Source: Eledone cirrhosa (lineage: Eukaryota). From it: a stretch of DNA of 64,000 nucleotides. The notes below the pieces were generated by a model that did not search any database, was not told the DNA's origin, and saw only the letters and a program-made list of their open reading frames with translations. Positions within the stretch are counted from its first letter, which is position 1, and every line of letters starts with the position of its first letter. The translations under genes and the position numbers were made by a program. Below, one piece after another: positions 28,790-40,975 of this stretch. The stretch lies in assembly GCA_964016885.1 (NCBI GenBank), contig OZ024743.1, positions 121,954,001 to 122,018,000 of the forward strand, read 5' to 3'.

Positions 28790-29036
28790 TCTTCTTCTTC
28801 ACCCACTTATTCCTGAGAGGGTCATGAGGGACAGAGTCCTCAAACACTCCCTCCGGTGGGTCCTGTCAGAAGCAACGTCTCCAATTGATTAGGCTGGATT
28901 TCCAAGCGAGACCAGCCAAGCTCATGGATGTTATCCAATCATCTAGTTCGGGCTCTACCTCTGGGTCTCCTGCCCGTAAGATCTGTCTAGCGATTCTTTC
29001 CTGAGACATTCTAACCACATACCCATAGTATTGGAG

Positions 29037-29037
<1 letters not shown>
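28790..29037 (-). mobile_element. RTE-D LINE 3' fragment with (GAA)n tail
   Basis: Reverse complement matches 52610-52862 (LQYYGYVVRMSQERIAR...GRRPRGRARTRXLDNIHELGWSRL) with a small internal deletion. Confidence 0.85.
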
Positions 29038-29080
<43 letters not shown>

Positions 29081-29092
29081 TTAATATAGATG

Positions 29093-29143
29093 AGATTCTA
29101 CAGGACTAGAACTGTTTCATTCATTAGAAATCATCAGGAATCT
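29093..29143 (-). ncRNA. Type I hammerhead ribozyme motif in a putative Penelope-like terminal repeat
   Basis: Minus strand agattc-CTGATGA-tttctaatgaat-GAAA-cagttctagtcctg-TA-gaatct; 6-bp stem I, stem III cag/ctg around a near-palindrome; attaaa and (TA)n follow. Confidence 0.72.
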
Positions 29144-29609
29144 GGGTATCAAAAAATAAATATGGTATTTATAGGTCTCTACAAGTGGTAGGAGAGGGTG
29201 GGGAGTGGGATGGGTGCAGGTCATTGGTTGATAGAAAAGGGAATTCATTAAAAGCTAATTCTACAAAGCTATAGTTTATTTTTATTTATTTATGTTTTTA
29301 GAGTAACAAGGGCAGACAGAATTCTATAAACAGGTTCCGGATGGCATACCATTCCTTGTCATTAAGTTTCTCTTAAGCTAACAGATGTCTATAAAATCAG
29401 TGGGGGGTCAGTCATGGTCGATAGAATTAAAGAAAAGGGAGATTCTTTAAAAGCTAAAGTCATTAAGGTTCTACTAAGTGACAAAGGTCTAGAGAATTCT
29501 GCAGACAGATTCAAAATACTGAGTGCATATCTTACTATTATCTTCGAACTTCTCTTAAACTAATCAACTATATGCCAAAAATCAACAGACACATTCACAA
29601 AAAAACAAA

Positions 29610-29785
29610 AAAACACATACTCACTCACACACTTACGCGCAACCATAAACACACACACAAACACATATACACACATAAAAACACACACACATATATAAAA
29701 ATATATTCATGTACACACACATACATACACACATACATACATACATACATACATACATACATACATACATACATACATACATACA

Positions 29786-29821
<36 letters not shown>

Positions 29822-30010
29822 TAAGTATATACACATATATACACACACATATATATATATACACATACACACACATACATACACACACACACACATATAT
29901 ACACAAATAAATACACTCACACGCATACATACAAACACAAATATACATGTGTATACATATACACACAAATACATATAGACATATATACATACACATACAC
30001 AGACACATAT

Positions 30011-30058
<48 letters not shown>

Positions 30059-30116
30059 ACACATACATACATACATACACACATATATATACACACACAT
30101 ACGTATACATATATAT

Positions 30117-30167
<51 letters not shown>

Positions 30168-30370
30168 TACATGCACACACACATATATATATATATATAT
30201 ACGAAAAGAATGAAACGGAATTTCATTTCTCACTCTTAGTGCGGCTGATACTTAAATGTAAGTATGTATGTATACGTACATACATATATGTATACAGATG
30301 TACAGTAGTATGTATATATATATATATACATACATGCACATATATATATATATATATGTATATATCTATA
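29610..30370. repeat. Low-complexity CA/TA/CATA tract
   Basis: Directly visible. Confidence 0.9.
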
Positions 30371-33304
30371 TTTACAGAGCTGAAAATAACTCTTTAACAC
30401 CCAGTAATGATTTAGCAAAAAATGTCTAAAAATTATCATCATTGTCATCATCATCACCTTATGCCTGCCTGTCTATGTCTAAAAATGGGTTTGTTAAGTC
30501 AAATGTTAACAGTAACTTTACTTGTGGAAATTTGTATTATATGCTTTTGTCCATTTTTCCCCATCTCTAAGGATAATGTATCTAAATTTCTCAGCTATAG
30601 CGATCACCTGTTATTATAGTTATTTCCTGCATTTGGGACACTCATATTTTTGAATTTCAAACATTCCCAGAGCTTCAATAATTATCGAATTAATTATCAT
30701 AATAATTTTTTTTATTGTTTTTATTTTTTATGTGATGCATGAATTAAAAAATAGAATATATATATATAAATATGTATATTTATATAGCTGAAAATAACTC
30801 TTAACACCCTGTTATGATTTATTATTGACTGAGAAGATTTAGTCAATGGTTTGTGAACCTCGAAAAATGATAGTCAATATTCATAAGCCTATGAAGGAGA
30901 CTGTAAATAGTCTCTTGACCAGCTAGAAATAGCAACCAAATTCCTTCTATATCATGCTATACCATCCTACATGGCTGGAATGCTTTTGATCATAGGTCTG
31001 TTCCATCAAGACTGACCTGAGACTAAACAATGACAATAATAACAGTAAAAATCCAACCAGTTTAACACTCATTCCCCAACCAAATCCTTCCTTTTCTTTC
31101 TTACTTGCTCTGTTACTAGTTAAGTGAGACATCATCATCATCATCATCCTCATATGTATGTTTTCCTTGATAGCAAGGGTTGGACAGGTCTTCACAGGTT
31201 AAGTAAATTCTCATGTGAGGCAACTGACATTCCAGATAGACTGGCAGGGGGAGAGGTGTCTATATTTCACTTTCATATGGTCTCACGTTCTACTGAGTGC
31301 ATTTTTTCATGACACCAATACAAGGGAGGTTGTCATATCTTTGACACAACTGAATGGTCCTCCAAACCCTTTGTTTGGCAAGCTTTTTACAGTTAGATGC
31401 CATTCTTATCACAACCATTTTACAGAGTGTACTGGGTGGCTTTATTGTGTATATCACCAACACTAGAGAGATTGTTATTTTTCTTGACACAACTGAAGGG
31501 TCCTCTCAACCTTTTTGGTATGATTTCTACAATGAGGTGTCATTCCTATTGCCAGACAATAGATATTCAATCTCTTAAACTACATCAAAGTTCACTACCA
31601 ATTATAGGGTAGATTGTTGGCCTTCAACTCTTAATGTCCTGTACCACATGAATCCACATTAGTATGACATTCTTGAAAAGTATAAAACAGAACTATAACT
31701 GCGTCATATTAAAAACTAAAGTCTTTGATTAAGTTTACTGTAAATTTTCATGACGCTCTGTTCACTAGTAAAGATACTATAAATATTACAATTAACAAAC
31801 CTATTTTTAGATATTTTCTACTACATCATTGCAGGATGATAAAAGGCCAATTCTTGCTATTCAGCCATTTGGGCATTTTGCCAGCTTGGTCTAACAGTTA
31901 CCTTTATAATTGCTTAATTAATAAAGTTCACATGGAAATGTATCTAATAGATTTTTTAGTCAATTGCAGATACACATTTATCACAGGGTTGTATGTAAAA
32001 CAAATACAGGCCCCTTGCACAACCGAGAGGTCAGTAGCTCTACTTGAATATTGACTTGATCAGAGAAAACCTTGCTAGGAGGGAAAACAGACATTAAATG
32101 ATGATGATGATACACACATGCGCGCGTGTGTGTGTGTATGTGTGTGTGTTTATATCCATATTTATGTTTATGTTTGACACATTACTTCTGATTTAAAAAA
32201 AAGGATTTACCTCAAAAGGTAACTTAGCCTTTTAATAAATTACTTGTTAAAATAAGCATTAGGATCAATACGATCAACTAAAAAATCTTTGCAAGCAGTG
32301 TCCCAGCATAGACACAATCCAATGACTGAAACCAGTAACAATAACAAATGATAAACTACAATCTGCTTTAGCTTCTTTGTTGCATATTATTGGTCCAAAC
32401 TGATAAATGTTTACTTATGAACCATAATTAATCCTACAAAATTCCTAGGCAAAACAAATTTGAATGTTCAGACTAATAATTGTTTTGGTTACTCATATAT
32501 CCATAAATGCTTTCATTGGTAGTACAAAACAGAAATCTTTAACAGCCACTCATGAGAACATATTTTTAAAATGTGTCAATCATAAAACACAAATAATTAA
32601 AAAGAATATGAAAAAAGTCGACCATATGAATATTAGGTTTTGTTATGACAAGATGTAAGTATATACATAGTTATTATTTCACACAGACAATGTCTGTAAC
32701 TATAAATATATCAGATATATAGTTGTAAAGTGGCATAATGTTGCAGTAGTGACTCATCAAGATCAACAACAGCACAAGTGTTTTAAGGACATTTTCCCTG
32801 CTAAAATTGGAGTTAGCTTAGTGGGTCCCTTGATAAACTTTTCTATTTGGCCTATGTATATCCAGTTTAGAATAGGTACACCATATTGTTGCAGGTTGTA
32901 AGACATAACTAAAAAGGTTGGTATCAGGAAGGGCATCCATCCATAAAAATGCCTTTAAAAAAAGGACTCCATGACAAGTATGAAGATTACAGACGAATCT
33001 AAAATACAAAAACTATGTCATGTGAGGTACATTTTTCAAAATAATTCCTCCTCTTAAATTAAGTAAAAAAATAAGCTTACAAAAAGAAATGAATTGTGGT
33101 GTTGACAGCAAGCTGTAGAACACTACTTGCTATCAATACCAGATTCAGAGTAGGTCCTAACCCTGAAATATAATGAAATATAAGGTAAAACTTTAAACTA
33201 TTGTTTTACTATATTTTTCTTATTTTACTCTACTCTGGTTTTCATTCTTGTATTTTCCAATTTACATTGTACAGGCTTTCTCAAAACAATCTTGTTCATT
33301 AATT

Positions 33305-33490
33305 TATATTATTGTGTTATTATACATGGTTTAGATATATTTGTCCTTCTGAAGGAATTGCGAGCATTTGTTATGCTATTTATAATGTTATTTATGCATT
33401 CGTTATGTTATTTATGTATATATTTAAAACATATTTGCAATGTTATTCTACTGTAAATTTATACAACTGTAATAAAATTTTAAAAATCCA
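33305..33490 (+). mobile_element. Truncated 3' UTR copy of the CRE-like element at 60779-61225
   Basis: atatttgtccttctgaa...ttgcgagca...tttatgtatatatttaaaac.tatttgcaa.gttattctact.taaatttatacaactgtaata shared with 61020-61200. Confidence 0.75.
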
Positions 33491-33662
33491 AATCACACAT
33501 TCACAATGCTTCATATAAACTATACTGCATCAATTTTGATGTTGATTAAAAAGAAAATTAACTGTTTTTATGTACCACAGATATATATGTCTGTGGTACA
33601 TAAAAACAGCTAATTTTCTTTGGATTTTAGTCTTCACATTTATTATTATTACTATATATATA

Positions 33663-34095
33663 CACTCATCCCTACAGCAACCTGTTAAAACAACTAAATG
33701 CTGTCAAAGACAGCAATGGGCAAAAGTGCCTCAGAGGACCGGGACCAGTGGCCAGTGGTCAGCAGAGAGACGGTCCACAAGGTGGGTGACAGGTAGATGA
33801 AATATAGAAAAGACTGAAAGAGGAGGATGACAAGGAGAAGTGCGCTGGTGCACAGAAGTGACTGGAAGAAGGAAATAATGTATATGCCAAGATTATACAC
33901 ACACATCTTCACTCTCATCAGTTCTCAAAACAGAAAAATGGTTTAGCACGATTTAAATGAGAGTACCATTTTAAAATGCTGGATCGTGCAACTCTGTTGA
34001 CCTCTGGCTGTTGGTCTTTGTCCACTGAGGCATTTTTGCCCATTGCTGTCTTTGACAGCATTTAGCTGTTTTAACGGCTATTCTAGCGATGACTT
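33663..34095. mobile_element. Foldback/MITE with ~115-bp terminal inverted repeats
   Basis: gttaaaacaactaaatgctgtcaaagacagcaatgggcaaaagtgcctcagaggac (left) vs gtccactgagggcatttttgcccattgctgtctttgacagcatttagctgttttaac (right). Confidence 0.85.
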
Positions 34096-35867
34096 TTCTA
34101 ATCTTTATATGTATTCAAATACACTCTCGCTTTGTCTCGATAAGAGACAAGAGTGTTATATATATATCATCATCATCATCACTGTTTAACATCTATTTTC
34201 CATGCTTACATGGGTTAGATGGCTGTCATGTGTTGAAGCCAGACTGGTCGGGTGATTAGGTCCTGCTTGTAAGCTTTGTTTTGGCTTGGTTTCTATGGCT
34301 GTATGCCCTTCCTAACACCAACCACTATGTATTAGGAGCATTTTATTGTGACTCTGGCACTACCACCTTACAGAGTGGACCGGGTACTTTTGTCGTGGTA
34401 CCCTCACTACCTCATTACAGCACAAGGGTGCTCTGTGTACTTGGTCTTGTTCAGAGGCATTGGTGGGGATTGGGACTGAAGCACTGACATTGCACTGCTG
34501 AAGAAAAGGGGGGGGGGGTCACGGAGGTGACTTTGAAGCATATGGATGGTGTCTGACATATTGTGGGGTTTGCATGGTTTCCCTTGATGGTATAAAAGGG
34601 GGACATATGAGTGGGGATGCCATTGGAGCAAGTGGGTGGTGTCTGTCATTTTGAGGTGTACCAGGCTTTCTTGGCTTGGCAAAATGTCGAGGGTGCAAGG
34701 TTCAGAAGGGAGAGGAAATCAGTCAAGGTTCATCCTGGTTGTCCATGCTAACATGGATTGGGAAAAGAATTCAGGACTATACTAGCAGGTCAGGACCTGA
34801 GTGTTGTATCACTTCTCTGCTTCTTTGGGCTTAGGGTGGAGGGCGTTAGCTGGTTAGTCATCTTCCTTGAGTTGCTTCATTTCACTTGCATGGGAAGGTA
34901 AGTTCCCTGTATTTTAGAATATTGCCAGTTTTCTTTATATATATATATATATATATAAAAATGATTTAATTAGTCAAACTAAATATGATCTTATAGGGCA
35001 CTCTGTAAAGCAGTAATGCTGGTTCCATGATAAAATGCACCCACTACATGCTATAAAGCAGTACTACTGTTGCTATAATAAAATGTACCCAGTACATTCT
35101 GTGAAGTGGTAAAATGTACTCAGCACTCTTTGTAAAATGGTGGTGCTAGTGCCACTATAAAATGTACCCATTAGGAAGGACTCTTGTCATAAAAACTATG
35201 CCAAACTATGGAACATATAAGCAAGATGTTGTTTTCCAAACTGTGACAACTTGTCCAACCAATGCTTACATGGAAATGGACATAAAATGGTGTTGACGAT
35301 GCTGATGATGAGATTTGGTGTAAATTCTTAGAAATAAATATGAAAATATGCTAATCTCTGTTTAAAAAAACACAAACCATGCATGCAAAAGTTCAAAATG
35401 GTTAAACCACCTACTTTATTTTTTGAATTGATGTTGTTGATGTTGTTCTAGTACATAATTTTTGTTTTGACATTTAGGCCTAGCCATTGGGGAGATTGAA
35501 TAACTAGATATGGCATCATATAGAAAAATAATAATAAATATCATGATATTAGCAGAAATTAATCTTACTCCAGATTAAATGATAATGACTCTATTTATTT
35601 TGCTATAGACTAAAAGCTATGGATGTTTTGTTATGATTTTGCTTGTGATATTTCAGAGCTGTTCAACACCCATGGATGCCATTAAACTGAAAAATAAAGT
35701 TAGCTTTCTCTCAGTCGTATCATTAGATTTATTTTCTATAATCAAATTTCAGTATTAAGTCATATTCTCTCCCAAACTTTGCTTTATCAACAAAAATGAA
35801 ATTATTTAGGTACATAATAAATACCAACTTGTTTGTAACAATGTCTAATGAAATGTCTAAATGAAAA

Positions 35868-35990
35868 ATAATTGTTTCTACATTTGGCACAAGGCCAGCA
35901 ATTATCCAAGTGTATAACTGGTGCTTTATTTTATCGACCCTGTAAGGATGAAAGGCAAAGTTAACCTCGGCGGGATTTGAACTCAGACCA
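35868..35990 (-). mobile_element. SINE family B truncated copy
   Basis: ttttatcgaccctgtaaggatgaaaggcaaagttaacctcggcgggatttgaactcag. Confidence 0.8.
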
Positions 35991-36046
35991 AATGAAAAAT
36001 AATCATAATTAAAATTATACAGAGATGTGAAGAATAAATATCTTAC

Positions 36047-36168
36047 TGGATCCCATTCACTAAAAGACTGTTTATCTTCAATAAACTTATCATCATCCTG
36101 TTTAGGTAGTTTAGTGATATATGGGCTGACCAAGGAATTAGCTTTTGTCTCTGGTTTGTACCTCTCAA
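36047..36168 (-). CDS. Upstream exon of the PH-domain gene
   Basis: ccttttttatctattctag|122 nt|gtaaga; phase 1-0; xERYKPETKANSLVSPYITKLPKQDDDKFIEDKQSFSEWDP joins in frame to the 24174 exon. Confidence 0.75.
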
Positions 36169-36258
36169 CTAGAATAGATAAAAAAGGAGAAACAAATATT
36201 TATAATTATAGAGAAAACAAGTAGAAATAGGCAATAGTAACATCTGTTAATTACTCTA

Positions 36259-36324
36259 AATTCTTTATCAGAGGCTCTATAGTACTTAATGCATTAAGTA
36301 TTATAGAGCCTCTGCTAAAGAATT
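36259..36324. repeat. 66-bp near-perfect palindrome
   Basis: aattctttatcagaggctctatagtacttaat|gc|attaagtattatagagcctctgctaaagaatt, centred on atgcat. Confidence 0.9.
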
Positions 36325-37521
36325 ATTCAAACATCTGTTATAATGCGAGGTAACTGTAAAAGAAAATGCTGGTGTATTTTGCTTTGTTATGTGAAACGAA
36401 TGCTTCATTATAAACCTATAACCATAAATTTTCCAAGGGGTTCAAATGTAGTTGCATTGCAGCAGAACAGGAAAAGAATATGACCTACAATACCTGAAAA
36501 AAAATTCCTCCAACCCTACCTACCAACTGGATGACTTTTCTCACTCGCACAACTAAAACAAAAATAAAACATCCAAAATACAAAAGTTATTTTTGTGCCT
36601 CATAAAGCCTGTAGCTGGTCCTTTTGGTCTTTTTATAAAAGAATATCTAACAACACTGTTCAATACTCCGTCCAGCTTCTCCTCAACCAACATGGATATG
36701 CAAATAGTACTGCTGTTGAGAAAGTTTCTACATTTGATTCACACCCACATATTATATATAATTCCAGATTGCACACACTGGGCAAAATTTCTCCAAGTCT
36801 TTCAATTTTCACTCCTTCATATACACATACACACTAAGAGCAAAATCATCCCTGCATCCGTCAAATCAACAAGGCCCCTGGCCCTGACTTCATCTCCTTT
36901 ACTACCCTGAAACTATACATCTCAGAAGGTTTTTTTTGGGGGGGGGGGGGAATTTACTTGGAGGAAGATACTGTGTCCATGACCTTCATAGGACATTTGA
37001 GACTAGTGAGAAAAAAATATATGCAGGGAGAAAATTTCAGAGGACTAATATTCTGGGAAGGAATGACTGGACAGAGTGGTTGGTACAAAGTTGATGAGAG
37101 AGTCAAAGTTTCGAGTGTCTGAGTGGAGGTGGCAAGGGACCAGTGAACATTTTGAAGATTCCTTATGATCCTTTATGTATGGATGCATCTTCTATTTCCC
37201 CGTAAAAATGTGAGAGCAGGCAGTACATCTGTGATCAAAGTACATCTCATTAAAGGAGATTAATCCTTTTTAAAAGGTATCTGTATTTGAAGTTCTCATT
37301 AAACTTTAATTAGTTACCTACCTAGCTGTGGGTGCTTACACTCTTTACAAATTATCCCCTGTGATTGTTTCATGTTTATTTTATATATATATAAACCCAT
37401 GCTAGCGTGGAAGATAGACATTAAACAATGATGATGATGATGATGATGATATATGTCAATCGATTTCTAGTTGATATCATCATCATCGTTTAACATCCAT
37501 CTTCCACACTTGCATGGGTTT

Positions 37522-37587
<66 letters not shown>

Positions 37588-37803
37588 CAGTCCATGCTGT
37601 AATGTGGCCGTGTAGGCAACACGGTAAAAACCTCCCAGCCCCACACTGTAAATGTGGTTGGTGTTAGGAAGGGCATCCAGCTGTAGAAAACCCGCCAGAT
37701 AGTCCTATGCGAGCAAGATAATCACTCTTGCTTCAAGTGGGAAAACCCCCGTCCAAACCCATGCAAGCGTGGAACACGGACGTTAAACGTTGATGATGAT
37801 GAT
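37588..37803 (+). mobile_element. Short RTE-tailed non-autonomous element
   Basis: ggttggtgttaggaagggcatccagctgtagaaaacccgcc...cccatgcaagcgtggaacacggacgttaaacgttgatgatgat. Confidence 0.8.
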
Positions 37804-37841
37804 ATATATATATGTCAATTGATTTCTAGTTGATATATATA

Positions 37842-38135
37842 TCATTTACGTTGTTATGTTTACCAATGGGTAGAACAGAACAGGTCATTCCAGTTAGTAA
37901 ACGATGATGCAATAAACCAAAGCACTTGCCATTATGCAAATCATCCACTGGAGATGTGGTATTCTGTGGCTGGTGCATGAACGGAGTTAAATATTAATTC
38001 AAAAACAACAGAAGACCAAACTGGAAACAAATGGATGATTTGCATAATGGCAAGTGCTTTGATTTATTGCATCATTGTTTACTAACCGGAATGACCTGTT
38101 CTACCCATTGCTAAACGAAACATAACATAAATGAT
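37842..38135. mobile_element. Foldback element with ~105-bp inverted arms inside (TA)n
   Basis: caatgggtagaacag..gtcattccagttagtaaacgatgatgcaataaaccaaagcacttgccattatgcaaatcatcca mirrored at 38032-38135. Confidence 0.88.
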
Positions 38136-38148
38136 ATATATATATATA

Positions 38149-38228
38149 CAGGATGTCCCTCAAAAATGTATACACACTTCAACAGCATTCTAATCAAAGT
38201 GTGTATATATTTTGGGGGGGACACCCTG
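38149..38228. mobile_element. 80-bp Tc1/mariner-type MITE
   Basis: TA|caggatgtccctcaaaaatgtatacacactt ... aagtgtgtatatattttgggggggacaccctg|TA; CAGGGTGTCC-type termini with TA flanks. Confidence 0.85.
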
Positions 38229-39579
38229 TATATATATATATTCTCTTCATTTAAATAATAATTAATTAATTAGAAGTATACTACTTGCATCACAATAATC
38301 AATTAATTCAATTGTAAGCAATATTAAGCACCCCACATCGATTGTACCATTCCATCTAATGATATGAGTCATTATAGGCTGGTACATAATGGAGTATTGA
38401 AATATGAATGAATGATTATGGAGGGAGAGAGAGAGAGAGTTAGTTGTGGAACTAACTCTATACTGAACTTGTCCTTTGGACTGAGTGCACTACCAACTTT
38501 GGATATAGCCTCCTGGTTTTTTTACCACTATCTTTACATAAACGTAAATTTAAAATGTCAATAATAGAGAACAATGCATTACTATTACAGTTAGATTAAT
38601 GTTATACTTAAAAGCCAAGAATATAAATGTCTTTAACATTTTGAATGCTATAAATGCTAGACCTTCATCTGAAAGGAATGTAAGGGAAAACGTAATGGAA
38701 AAGGGATTACGGTAGGAAAAAAATGAGCAAAAAAACAAAACAAAAAAAAACCGCAAAAGCGATACTAATATGTTTGCTAACTGATAAACATCTTGAAAAA
38801 AGACAGAAATGTTGAAAATTGCCTTTGGTCCTGAGAGAGGTCAGAAAAGGGAGTTAAGTACAAGGTGAAAATGTGGGTTGATGAGTAAAATGTGTCTGAA
38901 TGTGTGTTGACCAGTGTGACTGACAGTAGAGGTTATGTGTGCATGTTCAAATGGGGTATTTTGGGGAAAAGTTTGTGTGCCATTTCTGTGGAAATGTGTG
39001 AGTGTATGTGTATGTATATGTGCTTGTTTGGCGTTTGTAGGGGTTAAAGAAACTAAGGTGGCAAATTGAGCCCATTCAGACAAGCAATTCCAACACAGAA
39101 GACCTTTGACATAGTGGCCAAGCAAACAAGGGAGACAATTTCAAATACTTAATTATACTTCATCAATGGAAACAAAGCCTTTGCCAATGTTTGCTGATAC
39201 AGTAGTAATTAGCTTACTATATAGAAATGCTCATAAATCATTCAAGCACACCCACCACATATTTATGTAATAGTAAAATAATAGTAAAAACTAGTAAAAT
39301 AATATTAATAATAATGCTTGGCACAAGTACAGACTGTATCTTTCCCATAGAAGCTCAATTTTGCTTTGTTGGGAGCTCACCATAACAATTTGTTGTGAAG
39401 GTAAAATATGAAAAGTTAATATAACATGAAAATAAAATTCTATGATATATTCAGGTAAAGTCATAAACGTCATAATTCAACATTATGTGTTATCCCCCAT
39501 AAATTTATGGTCTGGTGTCATCCCCCATAAATTTAGGGTCTGGTGTCTAGATATGAAATCATTATTAATTATCATTATA

Positions 39580-39810
39580 GGGTGGTGGATTGGCAGAATC
39601 AGTAGAGCATCAGACAACATGCTTGGTGGCATATAGTTATGGTTCTTTATAGTCTGAGTTCAAATCCTGCTGATGTTAGCTTTGCCTTTCATGCTTACGG
39701 GGTCAATAAGAAAAAGAACCAGTAATGTAGTGGGGTCAATTTAAACGACGTCCCCTCCCCTAAAATTGTTGGTCTTGTGCCTAAATCAGAAACCATTATT
39801 CATTATTATT
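39580..39810 (+). mobile_element. SINE family B full-length copy
   Basis: ggtggtggattggcagaatcagtagagc...ctgagttcaaatcc...tttgcctttcat...ttgtgcctaaatcagaaaccattatt. Confidence 0.82.
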
Positions 39811-40359
39811 ATAGAATCATTATCATTGTTTTATGTCACCCTTCCAGACATCATATCTCTTTACAATGCTTTTTCATCTGAACTCCAACTTTTCAAAACT
39901 CATTCTTTTTCATAATAAATCTATTAAATTTGAATTTATAATTTCTTTGTTATTTTTGTTATCATTGTTGAATAGCAACAAGGGATTTGGCAAAAGGATT
40001 TAAAATTACGGCAGTAAACTTTTTATCATAAATCATTGTTGGTGTATGCTTCTTAATAATTGTATTTTCATACTCTTAATCCTTTTCAGTTATTTAGCAA
40101 TCTGAATTTATCCGTACCTCAAATTTATATTATGTATTCAAGACTATCATGCTTCAGACTTACTCAGATTTTATTATATGTATGATTATTATGCCATTAT
40201 ATATTTCAAGTCTTTGATTTCTACTCATTGATTTAAGGACTTGATGAAGTCACTTGAATAACACAACTGATCTACAGGCAGATGTTTTTATTTTCCACCA
40301 GCTGACATGCTTTCTCAATGCCAGCTACTTCCCATGGCATGCCACTCTTAATGAGATTG

Positions 40360-40573
40360 TTAAGCCTTTTGTTACCATATTTATAATGAAATACACAGGC
40401 TATGTGTTTCTTTGAATTTTTAAAATAATAAAATATTTTTCATTAGGAAGCAGATATCTGAAACATAACTTAACAAAAATTTCTTATATAGGTTTTAACA
40501 AATATTTTAAAATGGGCAGTTTTCTATTATAAAACCATAGCAGTTTCAGGTGGATTGGTATCAAATGGGTTAA
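40360..40573. mobile_element. MITE family 2 copy
   Basis: ttaagcctttttgttaccata ... tggtatcaaatgggttaa. Confidence 0.7.
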
Positions 40574-40624
40574 ACATAGCTGGGATGTGGCTGGTTTCCT
40601 ATCTTAGAAGCAATGAACAGAGTT

Positions 40625-40975
40625 AAAACAAGGGAGATATCAATCTTCCCGTTTTGAAGCGGTAAACCCTTATTCTTGGAGGCAACCTACAGCAATACTT
40701 TCTTCAGCAGCTAACTTAACATTGAACCCAGGCTCTGTTACCCAACAGGCTGAAGATTGCAATCTTACAAAGTATTAGTTGTTCACCAATACGTTTTATG
40801 TTGAACCTATAGCAGTGGAAATATTTTCTCTCCTGAGTCCCTAAACCATTTCTCTACTTACTACAATTGGGATGGAAATGACCATTCACAAGAATGAGCC
40901 ATACAAGGCAAACTGGCTATTTCAGTGCCTCCCCTTCTCCATCTTTGGAAATAATGCATTCCCCACCGTCTACTG
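40625..40975 (+). mobile_element. Degraded CRE-clade restriction-like endonuclease domain
   Basis: ISIFPF*SGKPLFLEAT...NPGSVTQQAEDCNLTKY*...YVEPIAVEIFSLLSP...IG...NEPYKANWLFQCLPFSIFGNNA, colinear with the CRE RLE pattern. Confidence 0.72.
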
